The translations under genes were made by a program, and so were the position numbers. Under the pieces are notes generated by a model, which worked only from the letters and a program-made list of their open reading frames with translations, ran no database searches and was not told the origin of the DNA. A stretch of 63,819 bases of DNA, filler included, from Rozella allomycis CSF55 (lineage: Eukaryota), in assembly GCA_000442015.1 (NCBI GenBank). It is 7 parts of 7 records of this genome, joined end to end, with 100 filler letters (N's around TTAATTAATTAA, not from the genome) between each part and the next. Parts side by side here need not be neighbours in the genome. Positions count along the whole stretch, not along the records: positions 34,975 to 52,744 come from KE561073.1; 6 more parts are not named here. One strand, written 5' to 3'. Below are positions 34,994-48,524 of this stretch, piece by piece. How positions within the stretch are numbered: the stretch's first letter is position 1; each line of letters begins with the position of its first letter.

Positions 34994-37848
34994 ATGCTAG
35001 CGATTGGTGGAGAGCAAGGTTCTGCGAATCCTATCAAGAATATTTTGAAGAAAAGAGCGAGTATGGACAAGTCATCGCCGGCATTTTCGCCGAATCCTAT
35101 AATCAAGGAGAGATATGGACATTTATTTGAAGACGATCGATCAAAGGAGCAGAACCAGTTTAATGCGTTTCTGTATCAGGCATTGGACCCGAACAAGCAA
35201 GACAGGAATGTGAATTTGACGTCTAATTTCATGCCTGACGAGCTGCAGCTTGTGACAGCTGGACTGGAGTTACCAATTGCGACTAGTCCATCAGGTGGGT
35301 TTGCGAGTCTGCGTCCGAATACGAGAAAAGAGGTGCTTCTTCTCCGCCACGCAATGGACACTATGCTGAACAGGATAGGCTTGTCATCAGCTGAAGATTA
35401 CCCTACGGAGATGCATACATTGCTAGCGATAATACAAGAGGAGCAAAAGGTGTACGATATGGTGTTCCGCGAGATAATCCGGCAGGTATCAATCCACATG
35501 CACGAGCGGGGCCAGATTTTATCGGATTTGCGGGAGCGGTATATGAAGATGTTTAACAAGATTCCCAAACAGGTGCGCAGTCTGCATACTGAGCTGATAG
35601 CGCAGCGAAAGTTGAATAGACGGTTGAGCGAGGAGCTTGTGAAATCGCGGGACAATATGGGCGAACTGCTGCGAGAGCTTGAGCAGGTGCGAAGGCATGA
35701 CCAAGAGGTGACGAGGCAGGCGCAGGACGCGCAGCAAAAGCTGGTTGCTATTCTGACGCAGTCTGATACGACTGATGAGATACTGGAGGAGTATCATAAG
35801 CTGTATAGGATGCAGAGGGACAGATTGGATGAGAATTCCAAGACGATGGACCGGGAGCGGAAGATGTGGATGGATGCAGCGACTAATTTAGCGTTGCGGA
35901 TTGGTGTTGAGCATGGGCTTACTGAGATTAGTGATTTATATAGATTTGAGCATACGAGGCTGAGGGCTGTGAATCATATTATTGTGCATATTAGTGCGAA
36001 GAATGAGTTGGATGTGCAGGAGCTTGAGAAGCGGGTAGGGGTGTGGAGGAGCCGAGTGTTGAAGATATCGCAGCGGGTGACTGATGAGGATAAGATGAAT
36101 ATAGAAGTGTTGGCGAAAGTGCAGAAGCTGATGAGGGAGGTGATTGTTAGTTTGGGGGATGCCGAGGAGGAGATTGTGACTGATTTCCCAGCGCTTGCAG
36201 CGTTTGAGTTGCGGGATGTGAAGGGGGTTGGGGAGGCGTTGTTGTCGTGGACGCAGCAGATAACGTCAGTTGCTACTAGGTTTACGAGTGACCATGATTT
36301 GGGGTACCGGGAGGAGATTAAGCAGTTGCGGCAGGTGACTGATGGATGGATAGATTTTTCGTATTCGATATTTAGCCGACTGGAGAAGACGTCGAAAGCC
36401 AAGGAGTATGTGTCTTTGAATGAGTTTATAGCGCCGATGCATGTTGAGGTTGAGGAATGGTTGAAGCGGTTGGATATGAGGGTTGCTGGAGAGGATGGGA
36501 TTGCTGGGTTGATTATTAGTTTGCAGAACCAGTTGGAGGATACGTAAGTAGATTGAGGTTTGAGTGATAGGTATACGTCGTATAGTGTGCGTGATTATGA
36601 CAAGGCGTTGATTTCTACTGAAAAGGCGACGTTGAAGGGGAAGATTGAGGAATGGGAGCACCAAGTGTCTGCAGTGATTAGTAAAAGAGTTTAAATAGAA
36701 TGAAAGGTATCTTGTCAGAGACGTTTGAGAGGGAGCAGTCGAAAGTACCGTTGACGATTGAGAATTGGATATCGCGGATATTGGATCGATTGAATACAGA
36801 CACTGACATTAGAAACGATGGTATGAATTAAAAATTTTTGATGAAAGAATCAATGAAGCTTCATAATTCAATAATATCATGGCTAGTTCAATTTCTAGTG
36901 AAGAATGATAAACCTTTGGAGATTGATGTTGATCTTCAGCATTTGCATCAAGAAGTAATTTGTTTAATCTAGTTTAAGAGATTCGTGTGTTTAATTCTGT
37001 GTTGATGAAAGATGCTGATGATTTAGAATTGTCTTCTGATGAACAAACAGATCTCAGAAAGATATTAATGTAATCGTTTAAGTTTCTCTTTAAGAAAGGA
37101 ATAGCAGTGAAAGTTGGATGTTGATTTCAAAGAAATTGGTTAGAACTGAATTAAAAGGTTACAAAAAGAAANGAAAGTTGGATGTTGATTTCAAAGAAAT
37201 TAGTTAGAACTGAATTAAAAGGTTACAAAAAGAAAATGGAATACAAATTAAAAGATGAATTAGTGAGAGATGGAAATGATTTCAAAGAAGAATCTGGAAA
37301 AGATTTAAAAGATGAANATTCCAGAAATAAATTTTGAATTGAAACAAGAAAAATTAATTCGACCAAAAAGCAATAACAAAATTTCAGATAATTCAAATCT
37401 AAAACCATCAGCCTCTTTTGCCACTGACAATTCTTCTATTAGATCTTCAGACACTGAATCTGATCTACCAAAAAGAAGAGACAAGAAACATGAAAAGATT
37501 GAAGACAAGAAACATGATAAAACAGAAGAAAAGTCACGCGATAAAACAGAAGAAAAGAAACTTGATAAAATAGAAGACAAAAAGTTCACTCAACACGAAC
37601 CATTGCTACACGCAGATTTGGGAAGCAGAAGAAGCTCAAACTCTTCACGAAGATCTTCAATGAACAATGATGCTTCTCCAATGTTTGATAGAAACGAACG
37701 AAGAATCTCTCAAAGTTTAGCAGAAGAAAAAGAAGTCAATTTCATCGCTAGCGAGAGAATGCCAAGCGCTGGAACTGAAAGGAGAATGTCTTACAATAGA
37801 AGGCATTCGGTAACTGTAGCCTCTAGCAGACTTGGTTCTCCCCAATAA
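34994..37848 (+). CDS. Axonemal dynein light chain domain-containing protein (AXDND1-like), multi-exon, 5' end possibly truncated
   Basis: p28-type motif EEQKVYDMVFREIIRQVSIHMHERGQILSDLRERY preceded by LRPNTRKEV; long coiled coils; charged low-complexity tail. Confidence 0.7.
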
Positions 37849-38051
37849 ATGAATTAAATGGATTCAATGGAATAAAAAAGAATTCGTTAAAATGTAAATT
37901 CAAAATATTATTTCTATAATTATTTAAAATAATTTAAACCTTTTATTTCTCTTCGAAATTTTCTGGCACTCCTCCCATCACTGTCGAACCAATGGTCACG
38001 TCTTTACATTTACTTTTGAAAATCTTTTATTTTACTTTTGAACCATTTATC

Positions 38052-38108
38052 ACTATTAATTATTATAGTGATATTATTAATAATATGGAAGAATTATCTA
38101 TAGATTCA
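38052..38108 (+). other. NUMT: 57-bp nuclear copy of mitochondrial cox3 sequence
   Basis: 55/57 identical to 25418-25474. Confidence 0.88.
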
Positions 38109-38168
38109 ATTTGGTATGAGCCACAATAATTATGACGAAGATGGCGAAAAAAACTAAGCCACATAAAA

Positions 38169-41113
38169 ATGTTGCTATCCGGTGTTCTGGCACTTGTCTT
38201 ATGTTTTAAAAATATCAGAGTCTTCGGCCAAAGCAATGAAAGCACCTCTTCATCTTTATCTGACTTATTTGTCATCGAGTCAAAAGAAAAGATATCATTA
38301 GAGACTGACTTTAACACTTTGAATGCCAACTCTGACAAACCAATCGTAGACATATTGTTACTTGAATCGGCTGTGAGTTCATTTATTAACATACTGAGTT
38401 TTGAAAACGAATACGTGAAAATGGCGTGCGATGCTTTCAGTCGCTTAGCACTGTCAGTTAGTGAAGACCTTTTCAGAAACCAAGGAGATGCACCATTAAC
38501 CAGTTTGTTAAGCGAAATTGACAAAATAACAGAACACATGGACTTGGAGGATACTTTTTCATTTTTTAAAGCTATGGTTCGCTTGATAGACAAGTCAACC
38601 AAAAAAGATGAATATTCTGTTAGATTAATGAACTTGCCTAATAAAATGTTGGCAGAAATAAGAGAATCCAAAATGGAAGATATTTTGGCCGTTGATGACA
38701 AAACGTTTAAGATTTCGAAGGCGTTAAAGATGTATGCTGGTGCAATGGATGTGCATTATACTTGCCTTATTTCCGAGGATTTAATAATCGTTTATGATGA
38801 AATCAATGACTTTGTTTTAAATTCATCTGACGATACAAATGCTACACAACTGAAAAAACTGAAGCAGGAATTTCTGATACTTTTACTTGAATACTTGAAA
38901 AATTTAGACCATTCAGAAAAGCAAATAATCTTTAAATTGCTTTATGTTTTATTTAAAAAAGATTATGCCTTGAAAGATAATGTTCTGAAACATGAAACGG
39001 AAAACGAGTACAACTTTAACGATTTTCTAGAGTGGTTTAATATTTTTTCAAAAGATAATGAAGTGCCTAAAAATGCACTGGAAGACTACAGAGCGGAATT
39101 TGCAGTTGTTGCCATTCACCATTTGGGAAAATCTGAAGATGTGTTAAATTATTACAATTATTTTGAAAGATTTCTCAATTTTTTAGTTCATGATGAAAAT
39201 TTCTTACATCAAAAAGAATTTTTGGATGGCTCAATCCTTGTTTATCACCGCATTAGATCACAAATTAGAAGGTCTGATAAATCTGCTGTTGATGTTTTGA
39301 AAAAATGCAGAGGAGAAATATTAAACCTCATTGAAAGCTCTTTAAAAAGAATTCATCTTAACAAAGAGCGATCAGTTCAAATATTTTTAAATGTTATCTA
39401 CGATGATCTTATTGATGATGAAAATTCCATACTTGACAAACAATCATTAAATCTTTATTTAAATCTTTTATCTGCCAGTAGACAGAATCAACAGACTTTA
39501 TTTTTCGACGATTCGGGAAAAAGTACTTTAGATATTATTTTTAGTGAAGAAAGTTTAGGAATAACAGAAATTCAAGCCGAAATTTTGAGATTCATAGATG
39601 TACTTGGTGATTTATATGATATGCCAAGGGATAAATTTAATCTTGTGAAAGACAAAGTTCTTTTAGTAATGAGCCATAAAAATGAAGAAATTTCTAATGC
39701 GGGGTTAAAAGCATGTTCTAAAATTTTAGAAAAGATTTTAGAATTGTATTTCATGCCAGTTTCAAAGAATAATTTCTACCAAAATCATATCTTTTCAATC
39801 TTGAACCATGTCGTGTTACTCATGGCTGATGGAAACTATAAATCTAGTACTACTTTTACCTTTTTCATAATTTAGGTTTTTCTCAACAAGCTTCTCTGCT
39901 TTTTAATTTTTTGAAAGTGGTCAAAAATAAGCATATAAATCTTCCCCTAGCGATTGACGATTATTGTTCCACTTTTCAACATGATAAATTCAAGCAAGTC
40001 TATAGCTTCTTTGCTGAAAGCAGTGATTTAGACACTTTTATGTCTCGTTTGAGTATATTTATACAATCAATTCAAAACAAAATAATAGAAAACGGACCCA
40101 CGCTCCCCAAAAAAGCAACAAAGATGGCAAGGATCGCATCGTTAATAGGTTTGACAGCGTTCGGAGCAATATCATTCCTTGCAAATCAAATTTATGATCA
40201 TTCCTTTACTCCCAATACGGTCCGTGATACGACAACGATTGGTGCAAAGTGCACTACAGACAAAGATTCAGGTATCATTTTATCAAATGAGTTTCATTCC
40301 GTGGATTCACCAAAATTACCTTTTACTGTATCTCAAAGCGTTGCATCGAGTGCAGAGACTCTTACAGAATCACCACCTGTTAGTGCCAGTGATACAAAAA
40401 CGCCTAATAATCTCGACGATCAAATAATCGACATTAAACACGTGGTTAATCAGGCGTTAAATCAAAATAACGGTGTCGTATTAAATCACCCAAGTTTGTT
40501 ATAGGGGCTTCTGAGCCAAGTAAACTACTTGAAGATGTTACCTCATCTGTTCTCATCAAAGTTGAGTCTAACGCGACACTTGAGCAAAAATCAAAAGCTT
40601 GGTCGCTTGCTGATTACTTCCATCGTGAAGGTTTAGTTTCTGTAAAGGACAAGTAAAAACTTTAAAAGTGATTTAACAAGTTATGGCCTCTATCTTGTTC
40701 TCTTGTATTACTTGGTTAATGGCTTGGCTGGTTTAGACTTCGTATCGGTTTTCAAGAGAGGATTGATCCCTAAAAAAATTAACAAACCCAGCCCAAAAAT
40801 CATCGAATCTAAAGATGATAATACAATTGGCGATTTGCAATCAATGTCCCAAAACACAATCGAGAAAGTAATGTTGTTGGACTCCGTAAACAAGGATCCC
40901 GTCATGGTTAAAGATGTAGCGGCTCAAGATAACGGTTTTAAAACAGAAAACAACGATGATAAAACCAAAGAATTCAAATATGAAGTCCAAGGCCCTGTCG
41001 AGGAAAATAGCGGTGCTTTAAATAATACGATTGTTCTTGGATCCATCCTCGTTAGCTTTGGCTTGATCGGGATTGGAACTTTGGCATATAAAAAGCATAA
41101 AAAGGCTATTTAA
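38169..41113 (+). CDS. Orphan multi-exon protein: signal peptide, helical domain, hydrophobic segments, C-terminal TM plus KKAI
   Basis: Consecutive + strand ORFs (568, 197, 136 aa) separated by short GT-AG gaps; hydrophobic N-terminus; paralogue at 46173-47345. Exon boundaries not fully resolved. Confidence 0.65.
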
Positions 41114-41602
41114 TTATTTAATAAATACTGGTTTAAGAATCTCTGTGTTTTCCAACATTTTTTTAGAAAGAATACATCAAATCTAGAGTATTTTGGAGAA
41201 ATGCGTGGTTTTAAATTCACAACAGCCCGGTTGAAACGGATGGATGCTGCTGTTGACAAGCGGTGTAGCACACCCGGGGTGAATTTGCGTTCTAAGATAA
41301 TGGAGATTCGGGATTCGAAGGAGGGAAAGGGTCAATGACTAGGTCACGAGGGTAAGAAGAAAGCGGGAAAATAAATGAGTCAATGCCCTGAATTGTTTTT
41401 GAAAATAGATATCGATTTAATTTTAGACGAGAGCAATTGGTCACTGCAGCCACTAGCAGACTTGGTTCTCCCCAATAAAATATTAGTTAAAATGTAAATT
41501 TAACCTATTTATCTCTTTAAATACTCTAACCTTTTTATTTCTCTTTGTTCACTTTCTCTCACTAAAGTCTTTCTTTTAATGACGTCTTTTAACCCTGGTC
41601 TA

Positions 41603-43476
41603 ATGTTTGTAACAATTCGTAGGGCAATTCAACGCCAAACACCCAAATTCCCCTTCCCAGTGGTAAGTTCCTTTAATCATCCCCTTCTCTCCATCAAAAC
41701 TAATTAATCCTCTCTTATAGCTAATTCTAGGCACTGCAAGCGGCCAGGTACATCCACTGCAGCATACCCAATTACTATGCAAAAGCAAGTAACAAACACT
41801 ATTTCACATATACAGCTACCTCCGAGGTAACATCTGTTCTCGAAGAGCGCATTCTCGGCACAACCAATGCCTCTGATTTCAATGAAACTGGCAGAGTTTT
41901 GTCTATCGGAGACGGTATCGCCAGAGTGTATGGGCTGCGCAATGTGCAAGCGGAAGAGATGGTGGAATTTTCAAGTGGAGTGCAAGTATTTTAGTTATTA
42001 AGGGTGTATAGGGAATGGCACTGAATTTGGAAGCGGACAATGTCGGTATCGTTGTCTTTGGCAACGATCNTCGGTATTGTTGTGTTTGGCAACGATCGGC
42101 TTATCAAGGAAGGCGATACGGTCAAGAGAACAGGGAGTATTGTTGATGTGCCCACCGGCGAGGGTATCCTTGGCCGCGTCGTTGATGCGCTTGGCAATCC
42201 GATTGATGGAAAGGTAATCATGCATAAGTTAGTTGAAAGGGGCCATTGGCGAATGTTAAGAGACAGAGAGTGTCGGTGAAAGCACCTGGCATTATTCCGC
42301 GCCAGTCAGTGAGAGAACCTATGCAGACTGGGATAAAGTCTATTGATTCGATGGTTCCTATTGGGAGAGGGCAGCGTGAGTTGATTATCGGTGATCGTCA
42401 GACGGGAAAGACGGCTATTGCGCTTGATACAATTATCAACCAAAAGAAATGGAATGATGGAACAGAAGAAGGTAAATATCTATTATGAAATTTATAGCGA
42501 AAAAGTTGTATTGTGTTTATGTTGCGGTGGGTCAGAAGAGATCTACAGTGGCACAGTTTGTTCAAACCCTTGAAAAATATGGTAAGAATTGAAAGTATTT
42601 TCTACAATAGATGCATTGAAGTATTCAATTGTTGTTGCAGCTACTGCGTCTGAGCCAGCGCCAATGCAATATTTAGCGCCATACACTGGATGTGCGATGG
42701 GTGAGTATTTTAGAGACAATGGGAAACACGCACTGATTATTTATGACGATCTTAGTAAACAAGCTGTTGCGTATCGTCAAATGTCGCTTCTGTTGCGTCG
42801 TCCACCAGGGCGTGAAGCTTACCCCGGTGATGTTTTCTATCTCCATTCAAGACTTTTAGAAAGAGCAGCTAAAATGAACAAGGCGTTGGGTGGTGGCTCT
42901 TTGACTGCATTGCCTGTTATTGAAACACAGGGTGGTGATGTTTCTGCGTACATTCCAACAAACGTTATTTCAATCACTGACGGCCAAATCTTTCTTGAAG
43001 CTGAATTGTTCTTCAAGGGTGTGCGTCCAGCTGTCAACGTTGGTCTGTCTGTCTCACGTGTTGGTTCAGCCGCTCAGATCAAAGCAATGAAACAAGTGGC
43101 TGGTTCCCTCAAACTGTTTTTAGCTCAGTACCGTGAAGTCGCTGCCTTTGCACAATTCGGTTCTGATTTAGACGCGTCCACTCAGTTCTTGCTCAACAGA
43201 GGTGCTCGCTTGACTGAATTGTTGAAACAGTCGCAATACAAGCCACTTCCAGTTGAACAACAAGTAGTCATCATCTATTCAGGCGTCAACGGGTTCTTGG
43301 ACAAACTCGATGTTAAAAAAGTAACCTCTTATGAAGCAGCTCTTATTCCATTCATTCAAAACAACCATCCTGATATCTTTGAAACTTTACGCAAGGACGG
43401 TCAAATTAAACCAGAACTAAATGAAAAACTCAAACAAGTTCTCACAGAATTCACAGCCTCCTTTACTGGTCAATAA
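41603..43476 (+). CDS. ATP1: Mitochondrial F1 ATP synthase alpha subunit (nuclear, multi-exon, with targeting peptide)
   Basis: [61 protein letters not shown]; Arg-rich N-terminal presequence. Confidence 0.97.
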
Positions 43477-43516
43477 AATTACTTGATTTCTTACAATATT
43501 TATTCTTGAAATTTAC

Positions 43517-44945
43517 ATGTCCAAATCCTGCAAGGTAAATGATCTCGCCTCCAATTACAACACATACTCGACGCTGAAAACACAGCTAGAAAATCACGAA
43601 TTTTTATTGCGATCAATAGATTTACACTATGCGTAACATTGCTCCTTTTGTCTCACTAGAGCCATATCCTATCCCCTTCAGAGCGCACTATATTCTACGA
43701 ACGCGAATCTGAAGAAATTCAAGATATACTATCAAATCTACAACAATTTCTTCGCAAGGGCGGGTATTTCCTTGCAAACGTTCGCAAACGCAAATCATCC
43801 TCATCATCACTAATGCAAATGTTTAATTCATTCTCCAACTCCAAATATTCCCTCTTGCACATCTCCAATGGATATATTTTCATCTACACAAATGTCAAAA
43901 TTAATCTTGTGGAAGCTACATCTCCAATCGAACAAAAGATGAACAATGAACGGTGTAATGCTTTATGTGTCGCATAAAAGTTCACGAAGAATGCAAAAGT
44001 GTTAGTAGTATTGATCTGCTGCTGAATGGGAATGCCAAGTATCATGGCGAATCGTCGAAAGAACAGGTTATCGTAGCGACAGAGTAATCGGTGACTGTAG
44101 TCTATATTGTAGGAGGTCTTTGCTGATGAATATTTACCAAATCCACTCTGTAGAGAAAACGCTGGGAGAGTAAGTTGATTAATTGGTTTTAATTGAATCA
44201 ATATAACTACAAATGACCACCATCATATTTTTATAAAGTGCCCTGAATACACTCAAATTTACGGTAAATTTGATTTGAATCAAAGAAAGATATGATCATT
44301 GATATGATCGATCACAATGAAAATTTGAAGAATTCTCTACTGGACGACCTGCAAATTAAACACGAGCTAATGCAAACAAAATTTAATGGCGACGACGACA
44401 AACACGTCAGCCTTTTGAAAGAGCTTTGGAGCACATTGTTTCCAGAAAATCCGGATATCGACCATGTATCAGAACACTGGAAATTTTTGGGGTTTCAGGT
44501 ACCGCCTCAATATACCTTTCTTAGAATCACTCGCCTGCCACTGATTTCAGGGGCATGGGGCTACTGGGATTAACCAATTTGCTATATTGTGCGCAAAATT
44601 ATACTGAAGCTATTCGCGGCATAATCATTCACGATGATTTGCACTATCCGTGGGCCGCCACCGGAATAAATGTGACCGCTTACCTTGTGAAATTGCAAAG
44701 TATTCAAATTAATGGTTTACTATAGATTCCAGTGTGCATTCTGAAAACTTTATTCGATTGCTCTTGTTTCTGAGATGGACAATGGCTGACCCGATGGAAG
44801 AGGTATTTTGTATGCTTATGGATACTCTGTATTTGGTGTATGCTAAACAAAATGCAACGTATATGGACTTTCCGCGGATATTTGGACACATTCAGATCAA
44901 ATTTGAAAAGTGTATTCAGAATGCCATGCCATTGACCGAGATCCA
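43517..44945 (+). CDS. ELMO/CED-12 domain protein (ELMOD-like), multi-exon; start uncertain
   Basis: HVSLLKELWSTLFP..WKFLGFQ|..PATDFRGMGLLGLTNLLY..YPWAATGINVT. Confidence 0.75.
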
Positions 44946-45213
44946 NNNNNNNNNNNNNNNNNNNNNNNNNNNNNNNNNNNNNNNNNNNNNNNNNNNNNNN
45001 NNNNNNNNNNNNNNNNNNNNNNNNNNNNNNNNNNNNNNNNNNNNNNNNNNNNNNNNNNNNNNNNNNNNNNNNNNNNNNNNNNNNNNNNNNNNNNNNNNNN
45101 NNNNNNNNNNNNNNNNNNNNNNNNNNNNNNNNNNNNCTATTTTTAGAAGGGATGCCCCTATATAACCGAATCTAATCTCCAGTGGCTAAGGTCATTACCT
45201 CAACTTGAACCCA

Positions 45214-45829
45214 ATGATGATGGCCATTGACACAGAAACTCGTCCCAAAGGCCATGTAATCTGGCTAACTGGTCTCTCTGGTGCTGGCAAATCAACTCTC
45301 AGCAAATATCTACACGAACACTTTTCCCAAGTGGGTGTTCCATCGTATCAGCTCGATGGTGATTTACTGCGCCGCGGAATCAACAATGATCTCGGTTTTA
45401 CAGCCAACGATCGTGCCGAGAATATCCGAAGAGTATCTCATGTAATATTACTATTGTATTTTGATAGATTGCAGCGTATATGGCTGATGCTGGACTTGTT
45501 TGTATAGTGAGCTGCATAAGTCCATTTTCCAAGAACCGAAAGTTTGCGAGACAAGTTTGTGCGGATATGGGTGTTGGATTTGTGGAGGTATGATGGAAGT
45601 TACTTTTATATAGGTGTTTGTTAGTGCACCATTGGAGGTCGTGGAGAGACGAGATGTGAAGGGGTTATATAAAAAGGCGAGATCGGGGGTGATTAAAGAA
45701 TTTACAGGCATTTCATCGCCGTATGAGGTTCCGGAAATACCGGAAATGGTGGTGGAGACTGATGTTTTCAATGCTGAAAAATGTGTTGAACAGATTGTGT
45801 CATTTTTAGAATCCGAAAAGATAATTTAA
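45214..45829 (+). CDS. MET14: Adenylyl-sulfate (APS) kinase, two short introns
   Basis: [56 protein letters not shown]. Confidence 0.9.
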
Positions 45830-46172
45830 AAAGAATGATCGAATTAATAAAGTTTTTGCAAACTTACACTTCCGGCTGCAATTTAGAATATAAATTATTA
45901 AAGGCAAGTGTAATTAAATTTCTAAACTTTCAAGTAGCCTAGGTTCTATTCCACTTTAATTACCTGCTTTGTATATTCTAGCTAGAACTCAATGTTCAGT
46001 CACTGTCCAAGAAAAGAGATGTTCAGAATTTTTCCACAAAATAACTTGATACCAATAATCTGAGAATATGAGATTTTTAATCTCAGTTCCCTGCTTCTCA
46101 AAATGTAAGCCATTCAAAATATTACTCATAGAGTAAAAAGATTTAGAATTAAATAGAATTTATTGAGTTAAA

Positions 46173-47345
46173 TTAGATGACCTTCTTTTGCTTCTTGTAT
46201 GCAAAAGATCCAGCTCCTATTAGTCCAAGGCCAGCAGCAATACTCCCTACAATAATACCCGAATTCCCGACATTATCGCTATCTTCTGCGACTAAACTAT
46301 CTAAAATCGAACTTGACTTTGTATTTTCGATTGATATATTTCTGTCTATCGTGGAATGCACTGTTTCTTGAGTCTCAAAAGTATTTTCATTGTCTTGAGC
46401 AGTTTCTGGTTCTTGAGCATCAATGTGGTTTTGAGTGTTTGAGAAGCCATCAACTTGAGCTTCATTAACTGCTAGTGCGCGATTGAGAAATTTCTTGTTC
46501 AATTGGAACTAGACCCTAATCCACGTGGTTTTCAAAAACATCATCAATGTGGTTTTGAACGACGTTTGCCTTTTCATTAATACTTGCTTTCTCATTAATA
46601 TTTGAGTTCTCATTAATATTGGACTTTTCAATAACATTTTCTTTTCCAATGACACTTGCTTTTTCAACTTCTTGGTGGCTATTTGNGTATTTTCGATTGA
46701 TATATTTCGGTCTATCGTGGAATGCACTGTTTCTTGAGTCTCATAAGTATTTTCATTGTCTTGAGCAGTTTCTGGTTCTTGAGCATCAATGTGGTTTTGA
46801 GTGTTTGAGAAGCCATCAACTTGAGCTTCATTGACTGCCGTCGTGCGCGATTGTGAAATTTCTTGTTCAATTGGAACTAGACTCTGATCCACGTGGTTTT
46901 CAACAACATCATCAATGTGGTTTTGAACGAAGTTTGTCTTTTCATTAATATTTGTCTTTTCATTAATGTTTTCTTTTTCACTAATATTTGCTTTCTCATT
47001 AATATTTGCCTTTTCATTAATATTTTCTTTTCCAATGACACTTGCTTTTTCAACTTCTTGGTGGCTATTTGAATCTCTCATGGTGGTTGCTTCTTCTACC
47101 TTCACTGAAGGAGCTTCCATGTTATTAATCGTTTTATTTTGAATAGTTTCCAAAAGTACTTTCATGATATATGAATAATCAAGAGTAGCTAATCCATTAG
47201 CCAAGTAATACAAAAGAATTAAATAAACGTCAATCTAATATGAATAAACCGAGTTACTTTTCAGCAAGGAAAATATACCTTGAATAGTGACTGGTTCAGT
47301 CAAGGACCAAGCCTTCAATTTTTGTTCAGGGGTTGATCGTCCATN
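46173..47345 (-). CDS. C-terminal part of an orphan membrane protein paralogous to 38169-41113
   Basis: Shared EQK.KAWSL, LLYYL.NGLA.LD and C-terminal TM plus AYKK.KK.I. Contains (N/S)EK(A/E/T)NI repeats. Internal duplication across n 46687. Confidence 0.65.
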
Positions 47346-48524
47346 TCGCAGTGCTCGTTAAATCGGACGGGGAGTTTATTATTATCAATAAATTTTCTCA
47401 CGCAAAACAACTGTTTTCTACCTGATTATTTTTTCACTTTAGTATATCTCGCCTAAAATAAAATCTATCTATATTCAAAACATTCAAGAATTAATTTTCC
47501 GAAGATTCAAAAGCAAGGTCATAATCCTCTGAAGAAGGAGATTTCAAGGAAGAGGACTGAGGAGGACGATGAAGAAGAAGAGGTTGAAGATGAAGATGAT
47601 GCATTAACGCTTGGATCAGCAATGAAGCAAAAGCAAGATATTAAGAGAAAGATTGACATGTTACAAAAGGAAGCGTTAGGTCACCAAAAAAATATACCTG
47701 CATCGGAATCAGCATCGTAGTAATCATGCTTCTTCTCTCCTCACTCTTGTGTCTTGTTCCTATTGAAAACTTGAAATTTGAAGACAAATTGCATTGAATT
47801 GGGAGAAAAACTCGAAAATACTTTTTACCACAATTACCGTGAGATTAAAAAAATGAGTAATGAGTAATAAAATATCAATTATCAATAATAAATTTCTTGT
47901 TATTTGTTAACTTTTAAGATTTATCTCTCGGCGTTATCATTGTATTCAACAATATCAGCGTCATGAACGGATGACACCCTTTGATTAACTTCAGTGAGTT
48001 CTCAATTTAACACCATATTATCGAATCAAAATAATCTCTATGTCAATGTCGATGCTGTCTTGCATCACCTCATTGATACCATCAGCGAAAGCNTCTTTAG
48101 CCGCATCATAGTAATCATTTATCTTCTCTCCCCACTCTTTTTCCTTTTGAAAATTTGAAATATGAAGACAAACTGCATTGAATTGGGAGAAAAACTCGAA
48201 AATGCCTTGTATCACAATTACTGTGAGATTAAAAAAGTGAGTAATAAAATAGCAATTATCAATAATAAATTTCTTGTTGACTTTTATCTCTCGGCGTTAT
48301 CATTGTAAACAACAATATCAGCGTCATGAACGGATGGCACCCTTTGATTAACTTCAGTGAGTTCTTCAATTTAACACCATATTATCCAATCAAAATAATC
48401 TCTATTTCAATGTCGATGCTGTCTTGCATCACCTCATTGATACCATCAGCGAAAGCNCAAGTTAAATTATTATAGATTAAATTAATAGTTTATTTATGTA
48501 ACAAAAAATGGATGCATAGAATCA

